From contig JAZBOO010000280.1 in NCBI GenBank assembly GCA_036351155.1, positions 6,147 through 70,146 on the forward strand: DNA of 64,000 nucleotides. The letters are read 5' to 3'. Positions 19,154-28,600 of the stretch are shown in pieces. The position numbers and the translations under genes are program-made. Numbering within the stretch: position 1 is the stretch's first letter; each line of letters begins with the position of its first letter. This DNA is from Candidatus Krumholzibacteriia bacterium. Its GTDB lineage: Bacteria > Krumholzibacteriota > Krumholzibacteriia > LZORAL124-64-63. The notes below the pieces were generated by a model. The model was not told where the DNA came from and ran no database searches. It saw nothing but the letters and a program-made list of their open reading frames with translations.

Positions 19154-20635
19154 TTGAAATTGCCAGGAATGTCCCCCCGAAAGAAAACCAAGGCCCGCGG
19201 GAAAGCTCCCGCCCGCCGCAAGAAGAAAACGGCCAGACCTCCCTGGCTGGGCGCCGTGCTGGGTGTAGCTCTCGTGCTCATGGTGGCCATGATCGGGTTG
19301 CTCAAGTGGTCGGAGTCACGCACCGGTCAAACGGCCCTGCTGTCCATGGGGTCGGAAAAGATGTTCGGCGAAGTGCAGGCGGCCATCGATGAGCAGCTGG
19401 CTCCGCTGTTTCCCGGCTGGCGCTCCGGCCCCGTCGGACCGGGCAGCGCGCCAGGTGACCACGACTGGCCCGCCGACGAGTTCGGCTCCGGCGCGGCGGT
19501 GTGGTGCCGGGTGCTGTCCGTCCCTGCCGATGTTCCCTACCGCCACCTTTCCTGGCAGATCGCTCAGGCCCTTGAACCGCTGGGAGCCCGGGTCCTCTGG
19601 TCCCAGCGCCTGTACCCGGACCAGCCTTCGGCGGCCCAGGCCCAGCCCAGCGAGGAGCTGGATCTGCTGAGGTTGGATCTGGGCGTACCCGGCCGCCCCA
19701 CCCACACCCTGGTGTTGCAACGCCAGGGCCATGAGGCGCCGGTGCGCTGGGGCACAGGGCCGGGGATCACCGCCTGGTCCGCGCTGGCCGCCCGCCACGA
19801 TGCGCCGCTGGTGGCCCTGGTCATCGACGACTGGGGCTATGCCAAGACCACCGCCACGCGCCAGCTGATCAGCTTGCCGGTTCCACTGACCATGGCCGTC
19901 CTGCCGGGGCTGTCCTATTCTCGTGAATTTGCCCTGGAAAAAACCGACCTGGTGCTGCCTCCGGATCTCCTGAAAGGCGCCGCCGGGGTGGGGCAGCGGG
20001 CCGCCCCGGGCCGCATCGAGCGTCTGGCGGCCGGGTGTTTCGTGGAGGTGAGCGTGGATCGGCCGCGCACCCGCTCGGAAGTCCGGCGCCGGGAAATCCT
20101 GCTCCATCTGCCCATGCAGCCCGAAGGCTACCCCGAAACCAATCCCGGCAGCGAGGCCATCATGGTGGGCATGTCCCGCACCGACATGGAAGTCCGGGTG
20201 GACAAGGCGCTGAACCAGCTGGACCGCGTCACCGGCGTGAACAATCACATGGGCAGTGCGGCCACCAGTGATCCCGCCACCATGGACAATCTCATGGCGG
20301 TCCTGGAGGATCGGGGGCTGCTCTTCCTGGACAGCCTGACCTCATCGCGCTCGGTGGCCTACGATGCGGCCCGGCAACAGGGCATTCCCGCCCTGAAGAA
20401 CCGCCTTTTTCTGGACTACGACAACGAGGACGAGCAAAAGATCACCGCCAAGCTGAATCGCCTGGTCCAGGCCGCCCGCAGCACCGGGTACGCCGTGGGC
20501 ATCGGCCACCCTCACCCTGCCACCGCCCGGGTGCTGGCCAGGGAAATCCCGCGGCTGGTGGCCGAGGGTGTGGTCTTCGTGACCGTCTCGGAATTGCACG
20601 CCCTCGTGGACCATCGTCAGAAAGTTTTGCCATGA
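19154..20635 (+). CDS. Divergent polysaccharide deacetylase family protein (YibQ-like) with N-terminal basic tail and TM anchor
   Basis: LVALVIDDWGY...NNHMGSAATSD...GIGHPHP match the YibQ/DUF610 deacetylase-like family. N-terminus KKTKARGKAPARRKKKTARP followed by a TM helix. Confidence 0.7.
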   Translation: MKLPGMSPRKKTKARGKAPARRKKKTARPPWLGAVLGVALVLMVAMIGLLKWSESRTGQTALLSMGSEKMFGEVQAAIDEQLAPLFPGWRSGPVGPGSAPGDHDWPADEFGSGAAVWCRVLSVPADVPYRHLSWQIAQALEPLGARVLWSQRLYPDQPSAAQAQPSEELDLLRLDLGVPGRPTHTLVLQRQGHEAPVRWGTGPGITAWSALAARHDAPLVALVIDDWGYAKTTATRQLISLPVPLTMAVLPGLSYSREFALEKTDLVLPPDLLKGAAGVGQRAAPGRIERLAAGCFVEVSVDRPRTRSEVRRREILLHLPMQPEGYPETNPGSEAIMVGMSRTDMEVRVDKALNQLDRVTGVNNHMGSAATSDPATMDNLMAVLEDRGLLFLDSLTSSRSVAYDAARQQGIPALKNRLFLDYDNEDEQKITAKLNRLVQAARSTGYAVGIGHPHPATARVLAREIPRLVAEGVVFVTVSELHALVDHRQKVLP

Positions 20636-21732
20636 GCCCAGCCGAATCTCCTGTGGTCCACTTTTTTCCTCTGGCTGATCAGGTGGAGAGGGAACTCGAC
20701 CCCGCGGTGCTGAAGAAGGCCACCACCGCCGTGGTGAGCCGTCTGGCGCTCAGGCCGGTGAGCCAGGGCGCGTGGGCCGTCAAGGTGCACCTGGGGGCCC
20801 GGGGACGGCCCGCCGCCGTGTCCCCGGAATGGGTCCAGGCCGGCAGTGCCCAGCTGGGTGGGCCGGTGGAGATCTGCGACACCCTGTCGATCACCAGCGA
20901 AGGTCTGCACACTCCCGAGGAACTGCGCAGGACCGCTCTGGCCAAGGGCCATGCCGCGGGGTTCAAGGTGGCCGATGATCCCGCGCTGGGTGAGGCCGTC
21001 CCGGTCAAGGGCCAGCTGGTCCATCCGAGTGGCCGTCCCGGGCGGGAAGCTCGCCTGGCTGCCGGCCTCGCTCCCGCCCAGGGTCTGCTGGTGATGAATG
21101 CGGTGGACACCCATCCTCACCTGGGTTTCCAGGGAGCCATGGCGCAGCTGGCCCTGGGTTGCAGTGATCGCCAGGCCAAGCTGGACCTGCACCGGGATAT
21201 CCGGCCCAAGGTGGACACGCCTCTGTGCGCGGGCTGTGGGTCCTGTCTGGCCGTGTGTCTCTTCGATGCCATCGATCTGAAGTCGGGGCGCGCAGTGATT
21301 GACCACACCCGATGCACCGGGTGCGGAGAATGCATGACGGTGTGCCACCTGGCAGGCATTGCGGCAGAAAATCCGGCCAGCCTGGAAAACTATCAGGTGC
21401 AGCTGGCGGAAACAGCCACCGCTCTCTGGCAAGGGACCGAGTGGCAGCGGGCGGGGCGTCTGGGCTTCGTGAACTACCTGGTCCATCTGGATCGCCGCCA
21501 CAACCGATCGGCTCCCCGGGGAAGGGGGCGCGCCCTTCATCTGGGGGTGCTGGCCTCACGCGATCCCGTGGCCCTGGACCGGGCCACCTGGGACCTGCTG
21601 GCAGAGTACACGGGACGCGATCTGACCGCCTGGTGTGGTTATCCCCAGAATCCGGGGGTGCTGCTGGAGCGCATGGCCCTGTGGACCGACTGCAGCCAGG
21701 AGTACCGCCTGGTGGAGGTGGCGGGCCCCTGA
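20632..21732 (+). CDS. DUF362-domain protein with two 4Fe-4S ferredoxin-type motifs
   Basis: CAGCGSCLAVC and CTGCGECMTVC clusters (CxxCxxCxxxC) embedded in a DUF362-like scaffold. ATGA overlap with the upstream stop. Confidence 0.7.
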   Translation: MSPAESPVVHFFPLADQVERELDPAVLKKATTAVVSRLALRPVSQGAWAVKVHLGARGRPAAVSPEWVQAGSAQLGGPVEICDTLSITSEGLHTPEELRRTALAKGHAAGFKVADDPALGEAVPVKGQLVHPSGRPGREARLAAGLAPAQGLLVMNAVDTHPHLGFQGAMAQLALGCSDRQAKLDLHRDIRPKVDTPLCAGCGSCLAVCLFDAIDLKSGRAVIDHTRCTGCGECMTVCHLAGIAAENPASLENYQVQLAETATALWQGTEWQRAGRLGFVNYLVHLDRRHNRSAPRGRGRALHLGVLASRDPVALDRATWDLLAEYTGRDLTAWCGYPQNPGVLLERMALWTDCSQEYRLVEVAGP

Positions 21733-21863
21733 AACCGGGGCAAGTGACCATGGTGCCGGCAGATCCCGGAACGGCTCTTCTCCGATTTATTGCCATTTCC
21801 TGGAAAAATTGAACAGGCTGTGTTATCATGGTTGCCGGCTAATCCGGCGGGGCGCGTCTTTCT

Positions 21864-21921
21864 GTGCGCCTTGATGCGATCTCGACGCCCCGTCCGTACT
21901 GACATCAAGGCGTGCTTTTTT
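21864..21921 (+). terminator. Putative intrinsic terminator after the DUF362 gene (10-bp stem CGCCTTGATG / CATCAAGGCG, long loop, TTTTTT)
   Basis: Inverted repeat followed by a T6 tract in the gap before secD. The 26-nt loop is unusually long. Confidence 0.45.
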
Positions 21922-22009
21922 ATGTGATGTTGACCCGTATATCCTCGGAAGTTCATTGGTGACAATTACTTCCGTCATTGCGGCAGACGGCATTCCAGGA
22001 GTTGAAAAA

Positions 22010-23737
22010 ATGAACCGTTCCCTGCAGATCAGGGCTGGACTGAGTATCCTTGTCCTCCTGTTCTCCATCTATGGGTTGTTGCCCACCTTCAAAGCCCTGT
22101 CGATTTCCTCCGAGGAACGCGAGGCGGCCAAGGACGACCCGGTCAAGATGGCGGAAATCTCTGAAATCGACGCGGCGGCCATTCGCCGGGGGCTGGATCT
22201 CAAGGGTGGTATGTATCTGGTGCTCGAAGTCGAGCAAACCGGGATGAATTCCTCCGAAGCCCAGAATACCCTCGATCGAGTCAAGACCATCCTGACCAAC
22301 CGGATCGACAAGTTCGGCGTCAGCGAGCCGGAAATCACCACCTTCGGCAGCAGCCGTATCGTGGTGAAGTTGCCGGGTCTGCAGGATCCCGAGCGGGCCA
22401 AGAACCTGCTGGGCTCCACCGCCCAGCTGGAATTCCGTCTGGTGCGCCCGGACGCGGAAATCCAGACGGCTCTCGAGACCCTGGACGAGCTGTTCCTGGG
22501 TAGCGTGACGGCCGAGACCAGTGAGCCTGAAGCTGGGGTTGATCCCGTGGAAACGCCTGCCGAGGACCCGGCCGAGGTCGATGACCCCGCCGTGGCCGAA
22601 GCCGACTCCGCCGGGGAAGAGAATCCCTTCGGCGACCTGGACGAACTGGCCGACAACGAGGCCGCCGCCGAGGATTTCCTGCGCGATCATCCCTTCAGCG
22701 GCCGGCTGATTGTTCAGCCCGGCATCTTGGCCACCCCTCTGTTCGTCAACGAGGACGATGTCCTGCTGGTGCAGGGCATGCTCGATGACCCGCGCGCCAA
22801 GCGTCGCCTGCGTGACATGGAATTCCAGCTCGGCGCCGAGGCCATGGCCTTTGGCGAGGGCCTGTTCCTGCGCCCCCTGTATCTGGTCGACGGCAAGCCC
22901 GGCATGACCGGTGACCACCTCAAGAGTGCCGTGCCGACCGCCAACCCGGACCGTCCCGGCAGCTGGCAGGTGAGCTTCGCCCTGGACAGCCGTGGCGCCC
23001 GCACCTTTGCCAAGCTCACGGGTGAGAACATCAACCGTTTCCTGGCGATCAGCCTGGACGACCGCATCGCCTCGGCGCCGCGGATCGACAGCCGCATTCC
23101 CGGCCAGGGCGTGATCACCGGCGACTTCGACCACAACGAAGCCAAGGACCTTTCCACTCTGCTGGAAGCCGGTGCCCTGCCCGTCGACATCTACATTGCC
23201 GAGGAGCGTACCGTGGGCCCGAGCCTGGGGAGCGACTCCATCCGCATGGGTGTCTCGGCCGCTCTGTACGGCTCCATCCTGGTGATCCTGTTCATGCTGA
23301 TCTACTACCGGATCAGCGGTCTGGTGACCGTGATTGCCCTGATCAGCAACATCCTCATCCTGATGGCCATCCTGGGTCAGGCGGGGCTGGTGCTCACCTT
23401 GCCTGGTATTGCGGGTATCATCCTGACGGTGGGTATGGCCGTTGATGCCAACGTGCTGATCAACGAGCGTATTCGCGAGGAGCTCCGCAAGGACAAGACC
23501 ATTCGCGCGTCGGTGCAGGCCGGGTATGCCAACGCCACCCGGACCATCCTGGACGCCAATATCACGACCCTGATCGCGGGCGGCATCCTCTGGATGTTCG
23601 GCACCGGCCCCATCAAGGGCTTTGCCGTCACCCTGAGCATCGGTATCGCCACCAGCGTATTCACGGCCCTGGTCATGACCCGTTTCATCATGGAGATGTA
23701 CACGCGGAACAAGGGCCAGCAGAAAATGAGTATCTAG
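22010..23737 (+). CDS. secD: Protein translocase subunit SecD
   Basis: N-terminal TM, LDLKGGMYLVLEV, large periplasmic domain, six C-terminal TM segments with SecD/SecF signature blocks. Contains an acidic insertion (PAEDPAEVDDPAVAEADSAGEE). Confidence 0.92.
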   Translation: MNRSLQIRAGLSILVLLFSIYGLLPTFKALSISSEEREAAKDDPVKMAEISEIDAAAIRRGLDLKGGMYLVLEVEQTGMNSSEAQNTLDRVKTILTNRIDKFGVSEPEITTFGSSRIVVKLPGLQDPERAKNLLGSTAQLEFRLVRPDAEIQTALETLDELFLGSVTAETSEPEAGVDPVETPAEDPAEVDDPAVAEADSAGEENPFGDLDELADNEAAAEDFLRDHPFSGRLIVQPGILATPLFVNEDDVLLVQGMLDDPRAKRRLRDMEFQLGAEAMAFGEGLFLRPLYLVDGKPGMTGDHLKSAVPTANPDRPGSWQVSFALDSRGARTFAKLTGENINRFLAISLDDRIASAPRIDSRIPGQGVITGDFDHNEAKDLSTLLEAGALPVDIYIAEERTVGPSLGSDSIRMGVSAALYGSILVILFMLIYYRISGLVTVIALISNILILMAILGQAGLVLTLPGIAGIILTVGMAVDANVLINERIREELRKDKTIRASVQAGYANATRTILDANITTLIAGGILWMFGTGPIKGFAVTLSIGIATSVFTALVMTRFIMEMYTRNKGQQKMSI

Positions 23738-23825
23738 GTCTCGACCCGGTCGAGCGCAGATATACACCCCCGGCAACGGGGCATGAAACCGAGCCGGCAG
23801 GGTTCGGGAAAGGTCGGACAGGAAG

Positions 23826-24752
23826 ATGGAATTCTTCAGGAACCCCAGCATCAACTTTGTTGGCGGCATGAAGGGGGCGTTCACCGTCTCGGCGGTGCTC
23901 GTCGTGCTGAGCCTTCTTTCGCTGCTGATCCACGGCGGTCCGCGGATGAGCATCGATTTCACGGGCGGCTCGGTTTTGCAGGTCAAGATTTCGCCCGTGC
24001 CCGAGGTGGGCGACATTCGCTCCACCCTGGAAAACGCCGGCTACGAGGGTGTGCAGGTGACCGAGTTCGGCTCGCAGGACGAGTTCCTGATCACCTTCGT
24101 GAACCCCGAAAGCACCGAGGAAACCCTCGATGCGGCCCAGGGCCTGCTGGCCGATCTCCGCACGGGCCTGAGCGGTTCGGAAATCGAGCTGCGGCGCGAA
24201 GAGACCGTGGGACCCAAGATCGGCGGCGAGCTGCGCGATGCCGCGGTGAACTCCGTGGTCTCGGCCCTGGCCCTGATCGTGCTGTACATCACCATCAGGT
24301 TCGTGTTCCGCTACGGGATCGCGGCCATCATCGCGTTGATTCACGATGTGTCCTTGACCCTGGGTGTGTTCTCGTTGCTCGACTTCGAGATCAGCCTGCA
24401 GATCATCGCCGCCTTCCTCACCATCATCGGTTACTCGCTGAACGACACCATCGTGGTGTTCGATCGTATTCGCGAGAACATGAGGCTGCGCCGCAAGGAG
24501 AGCTATCGCGAGGTCATCAACCGGTCCATCAACGAGTGCCTGAGCCGGACGGTGCTGACCTCGGTCACCACCTTCTTCGTGTCCGCCATGCTCTACATTT
24601 TCGGCGGCCCGGTGATTCACGATTTTGCCTTCGCGCTGTGCTTCGGCGTGGTCATCGGTACCTACAGCTCGATGTTCATCGCCAGCCCCGTGCTGGTGTG
24701 GTGGTACGAGCGTCGGATCGCCGACAAGAAGCGCATGGCCACCGACATGTAA
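23826..24752 (+). CDS. secF: Protein translocase subunit SecF
   Basis: MEFFRNPSINFVGGMK..., DFTGGS, six TM segments, SecF family. Confidence 0.92.
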   Translation: MEFFRNPSINFVGGMKGAFTVSAVLVVLSLLSLLIHGGPRMSIDFTGGSVLQVKISPVPEVGDIRSTLENAGYEGVQVTEFGSQDEFLITFVNPESTEETLDAAQGLLADLRTGLSGSEIELRREETVGPKIGGELRDAAVNSVVSALALIVLYITIRFVFRYGIAAIIALIHDVSLTLGVFSLLDFEISLQIIAAFLTIIGYSLNDTIVVFDRIRENMRLRRKESYREVINRSINECLSRTVLTSVTTFFVSAMLYIFGGPVIHDFAFALCFGVVIGTYSSMFIASPVLVWWYERRIADKKRMATDM

Positions 24753-24760
24753 CGGCCCCG

Positions 24761-24832
24761 GAACACTGGCCCCAAAACAAGGGATCCGGAATGTCCTCGC
24801 CACTTCGTGGCTGCGGATTTTCCGGATCCCTT
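24761..24832 (+). terminator. Long nested palindromic element after secF: 21-bp stem CCCAAAACAAGGGATCCGGAA / TTCCGGATCCCTTGTTTT(T)GGG, with inner hairpin GCCACttcGTGGC in the loop
   Basis: Seen directly in the sequence, 9 nt after the secF stop. The U-run lies inside the 3' arm. A second related hairpin GCCACttctcgGTGGC sits at 24848-24863. Confidence 0.55.
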
Positions 24833-25105
24833 GTTTTTGGGCCAGTGTTCCGGGGAAGCCACTTCTCGGTGGCCATACTGTCCGCTTACGGGGTATAGAA
24901 GTCTCTTTTCGCGGTCAAATGGTCCGGAGGAGAAGCTGCGGGTACTGAGGGGCTTGGCGGCAAAATCCTTGCTTTCACCTATTTCCTGGCGAAAAATTGA
25001 GGTTTGGGGGTACAATGGGGGAGTGAGGTCCACAGGAAGTCTCCAGGCATGATCCTTGCCCTTTTCCTGGTGAGACATGGACCAATTTTTCTGGAGAGAC
25101 CGGAA

Positions 25106-25606
25106 TTGACCTATTTCAAGAAAACATCCCACCTTCATCAGATCGGCTTCTTCCTGGGGCTGGGGCTGCTGGTGTTCACGTGCGCCATTCCTGCCCTGGG
25201 CAAGATCGACAAGTCGGGGGCTCGCCTATCCGGCGCCGAGCCTGACCTCGTTTTCGAGGCCATTGCCACGGCCTGGGAACTCGGGGACGAGGATGCTCTG
25301 GCCAAGCTGGTGCACGAGAACGGCCTGCGGGTGACCAGCGGCGACTACAACCGTTTCACCGATTACAGCCCCAGTCAGGCATTCTACTATTTCCGCAATC
25401 AGTTTCGCACCTACCCGACGGTGTCCTTCGGCATCGAACGCATGCAAAAGCAGATGTCGGGTCAGGACCGGGTGCATGGTATGGTGAGCTGGCAATACCA
25501 GCGCACCAGGGGTGGGCCGGTGCAGGAACTCAAGCTGGTCCTGGTTTTGACCCGGCAGGGAAGCAACTGGCGGCTGGCGGAGATCAATACCATCAACAAG
25601 AGGTAA
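25106..25606 (+). CDS. Small secreted protein, possibly NTF2/SnoaL-like fold
   Basis: GGAGAG lies 7 nt upstream of TTG 25106. Signal peptide MTYFKKTSHLHQIGFFLGLGLLVFTCAIPALG. About 130-aa mature domain. The fold assignment is an inference only. Confidence 0.5.
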   Translation: MTYFKKTSHLHQIGFFLGLGLLVFTCAIPALGKIDKSGARLSGAEPDLVFEAIATAWELGDEDALAKLVHENGLRVTSGDYNRFTDYSPSQAFYYFRNQFRTYPTVSFGIERMQKQMSGQDRVHGMVSWQYQRTRGGPVQELKLVLVLTRQGSNWRLAEINTINKR

Positions 25607-25609
25607 TTC

Positions 25610-28600
25610 ATGACCTGGTTGGTCAGCCAGGCGGCACGCGCGCTGGGTATTCTCTGTCTGCTGGGGCAGGGATTTCTCGTTTATGCGGGCAGCACGGTGG
25701 GGCCTGAGCCGGGACTGGCTCTGCCCGGGCTGTTTCTGGCCCTGACCATCGTCCAGGCGGTGGTTTTTTCCCTGGAACTGCGAAAAAAGCTGACGAGCCT
25801 GGACGAAGCGGGGCGCCGTGCCCTGTTCCTGCCGAGTGTTTTTCTGACCGTGGCCATCGGAACCATGCTGGCCTGTGGGCTGGTGGTTCTGTCCCGGGGG
25901 ACCGGTGCGGGAGACTCATCCTGGAAAGATCCCGAAAGCTCTTCACCGGTGCTGGCCGAGGCACTGCTGGCCCTGGAACAGTATCCTGCCGCCTCGGCCG
26001 CTCTGCTCGATGGGGTCCGGGTGATGCGCGGCCAGCTGGAGAGCCAGCCCGTCAAGGGCGATTGGTTTCGATTGCTGGCCCCGTGGCCGGAGCAGTGGAG
26101 CCGCTATTTTCCTGCGGCGGATGCCTTGCCTGGCGATTTGCTGGTCCATCGTCGGGGCTCACCTCTGGCCTGGACCGAGGGTGCGGAGCCTCTGCCTCCC
26201 CCGCCTTCCCAGGACGTGCGTGCCCTGCCCGTGGACTTTCTGACCCAGCATGCGGGGACCTGGTACCTGCGCAGCTTCGTGATGCTGTCCTCGGAAACCC
26301 TGCTCGAATGGCAGGTGCCCCTGGAAGGACCTCAGCTGGCCCACCGCTGGCCGGGACTGGAACTGTCCGTGAGATCCCTCAACGAGGGCACTCTGACAGG
26401 GAAGGTGGCCCTGACCGACTCCGATCAGGCACGCCAGCTGGTCGCCCAGATGGAACCCGGCAGTGCCGACCAGGCGGCGAGCAAGGGCCGGGCACGTCTC
26501 ATGATCCTCTTGACCCTGGGGTGGCTGCTGGGGCTGACATCGTGGTTTCACATCCTGGCCGGACACGGAGTCTGGCTGGGCTCTCTCTGGGCGGGACGTG
26601 CGCTGCTGGCGGGCGTGGACTTCTTCCGCTGGTTTCCTCAGGCCTTCCCCGACCTCACCGCCCCGGCTCCTCCCGGCCATCCCATCAGCCTGGTGGGGCC
26701 TGCCTACTTTGCCACCCCCTTTGCCTCGGGGTGGTTCGCCTCCACGGCCGATGCCCTGCTGACCGCCCTGGTGGTGGGTCTGACGGCCTGGGCCCTTCTG
26801 CGCTCACGAGGCCTGGTGGGATGGACCGATGAGCTGGCGCGGGCCGGGAAAACCCGCCCTCTGCTGGGACAGGGTCTGGTGTCGGGGCTGGTGTTTGGAC
26901 TGGTGGGTGCGGGATTGCTCTGGCTCGCCCACCTCTTTGCAAGCCTGGTGGCCGACAATGCCAACCCGCGGCTGATCGGCCAGGGCGTCTCGGTGGGGTT
27001 TCTCTCCTTCTGGGGCCTCCATGTGGTGCTGATGGTGATCCCCTTCAGTCTGGCATCCCTGCTGGTGGGCTGGGCCGGCGACCGACCCTGGCCCGAGCGC
27101 ACCCGACTGGGCGGTTGGCTGGCCGCCGCTGGTTTGGGCGGACTGGTTTCGGGCGCGGTTTTCTTCTTCCTGCCGCGCGACTGGTGGTGGCAACCCGCGC
27201 TGGCCGGTCTGATCACGGCGACCTGGTGGCTGGTGGCTCCTGCCCTGCGTTCGCGCCCCCGCTTCTTGCGGCGGTTTGCCTGGCCCACGGTGATGCTGCT
27301 GGTGGTGGTCTGGAACTACGTGTCCCTGCGAGAAGTGTATGACCAGGCCGAGCGCAGCTGGCTGGTGAGCAAGGGCCACCTCATCACCAGCCCCGGGGAG
27401 GAGGGGACGCGCTTCCTCCTGGAAGATGCCATGCTGGGGATGCGGGAAACGGACCGCCTCAGTCCCTCGACGGGCGAGGGTGTGGGCATCTGGCGGGACC
27501 ATCCGGCCTACCTGCTGTGGGCGTCCTCGCCCTTGCGGGACCTGGGCTATGCCTGCTCGGTGGAGATCATCGACACCGAGTACGGTGCCACCCCGTTTTT
27601 TGCCACCGGGTTCATGCGCGATTCGGGTTATGAACTGCTCAGTCGCGGCAACTGGACCGACCGCGAAGGGGCTCCCGCCACCGACGACGAGCAACTGCAA
27701 TTCCAGACCGAACGCCGGGTCTATCCCGGGGGCGAAGAAGAGGTCCTGGTGGCCCGGATGGGCCGGGCCGGTGATCTGGGCTGGATCCGGGTGGAGTTGC
27801 CGGTGCGCAGCTGGCGGATCTCGACCCTGCTGGCCGACCTGCGCGATGAGGTCCCGGTGGACAGTGGTTACCGGCCCCGGGCGGAAGTGGATCGCCCCAT
27901 TCTTCTCTTGCGGGGGGACAACCAGGGGTGGCTGGGAACGGGAGATCCCGGTCTGAAGGGAGCACAGGCCAGTGGCCTCCTGACCGAGCTGAAGCAGGGA
28001 GTGCGTCCCTGGGCGGCGATCGAGCGAGACGATGGCACCTGGCTGTGTCGCTGGAACCCCCTGCCGGACAATCTGGCCCGGTCCCCGGGAGAAGGCTTCC
28101 TGCTGGGGCTGAGACGCGCGGGCCCGGTGGAAGACCTGCTGGATCTTTCGCGGATCATGCTGATCAATCTGGTGTTGCTGCTGGTCCTGTTTGGCCTGGT
28201 TCAGGGCACGGAGCGACTGCGCCTGGCGTTCCTGCCTGCGGGCGCGAATCGGCCGAACAGCCAGGGGCCCTGGCTGCCCGGGTTTCAGGAGCGGTTTCTG
28301 GCGGGCTATCTCATGCTCGGCCTCCTGTTGCTCCTGGTGGTGGGCATGTCGGTGGACCGGGTGGGTTATCAGCGGGTGCTGACCGAATCCAAGGAAAAAA
28401 CCCTGGATGGGCTGAACCAGGCCATTTCCCAGCTGCGCAGTCTGCTGGCCGAACAGGCCGGAGCCATGGCGGCCAGCGAGTACATCTCGGACCTGCTGGT
28501 GGGCGAAATGGCCGGGCAGCGTCCGGTGGGTCCTCCCAGTCGACGCCAGGCCATGGTCTTTGCGGGTGATGGCACGCTGGTACTGGACGAAACCCTCAGC

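Noticed and set aside
24662-25138. 158-aa minus-strand ORF and the 81-aa plus-strand ORF spanning the secF downstream region
   Set aside because: Both are products of the long palindrome and translate to the same peptide (DPLF(W/L)GQCSG) on either strand. They have no RBS, have low complexity, and overlap the structured element. The real downstream gene starts at TTG 25106.
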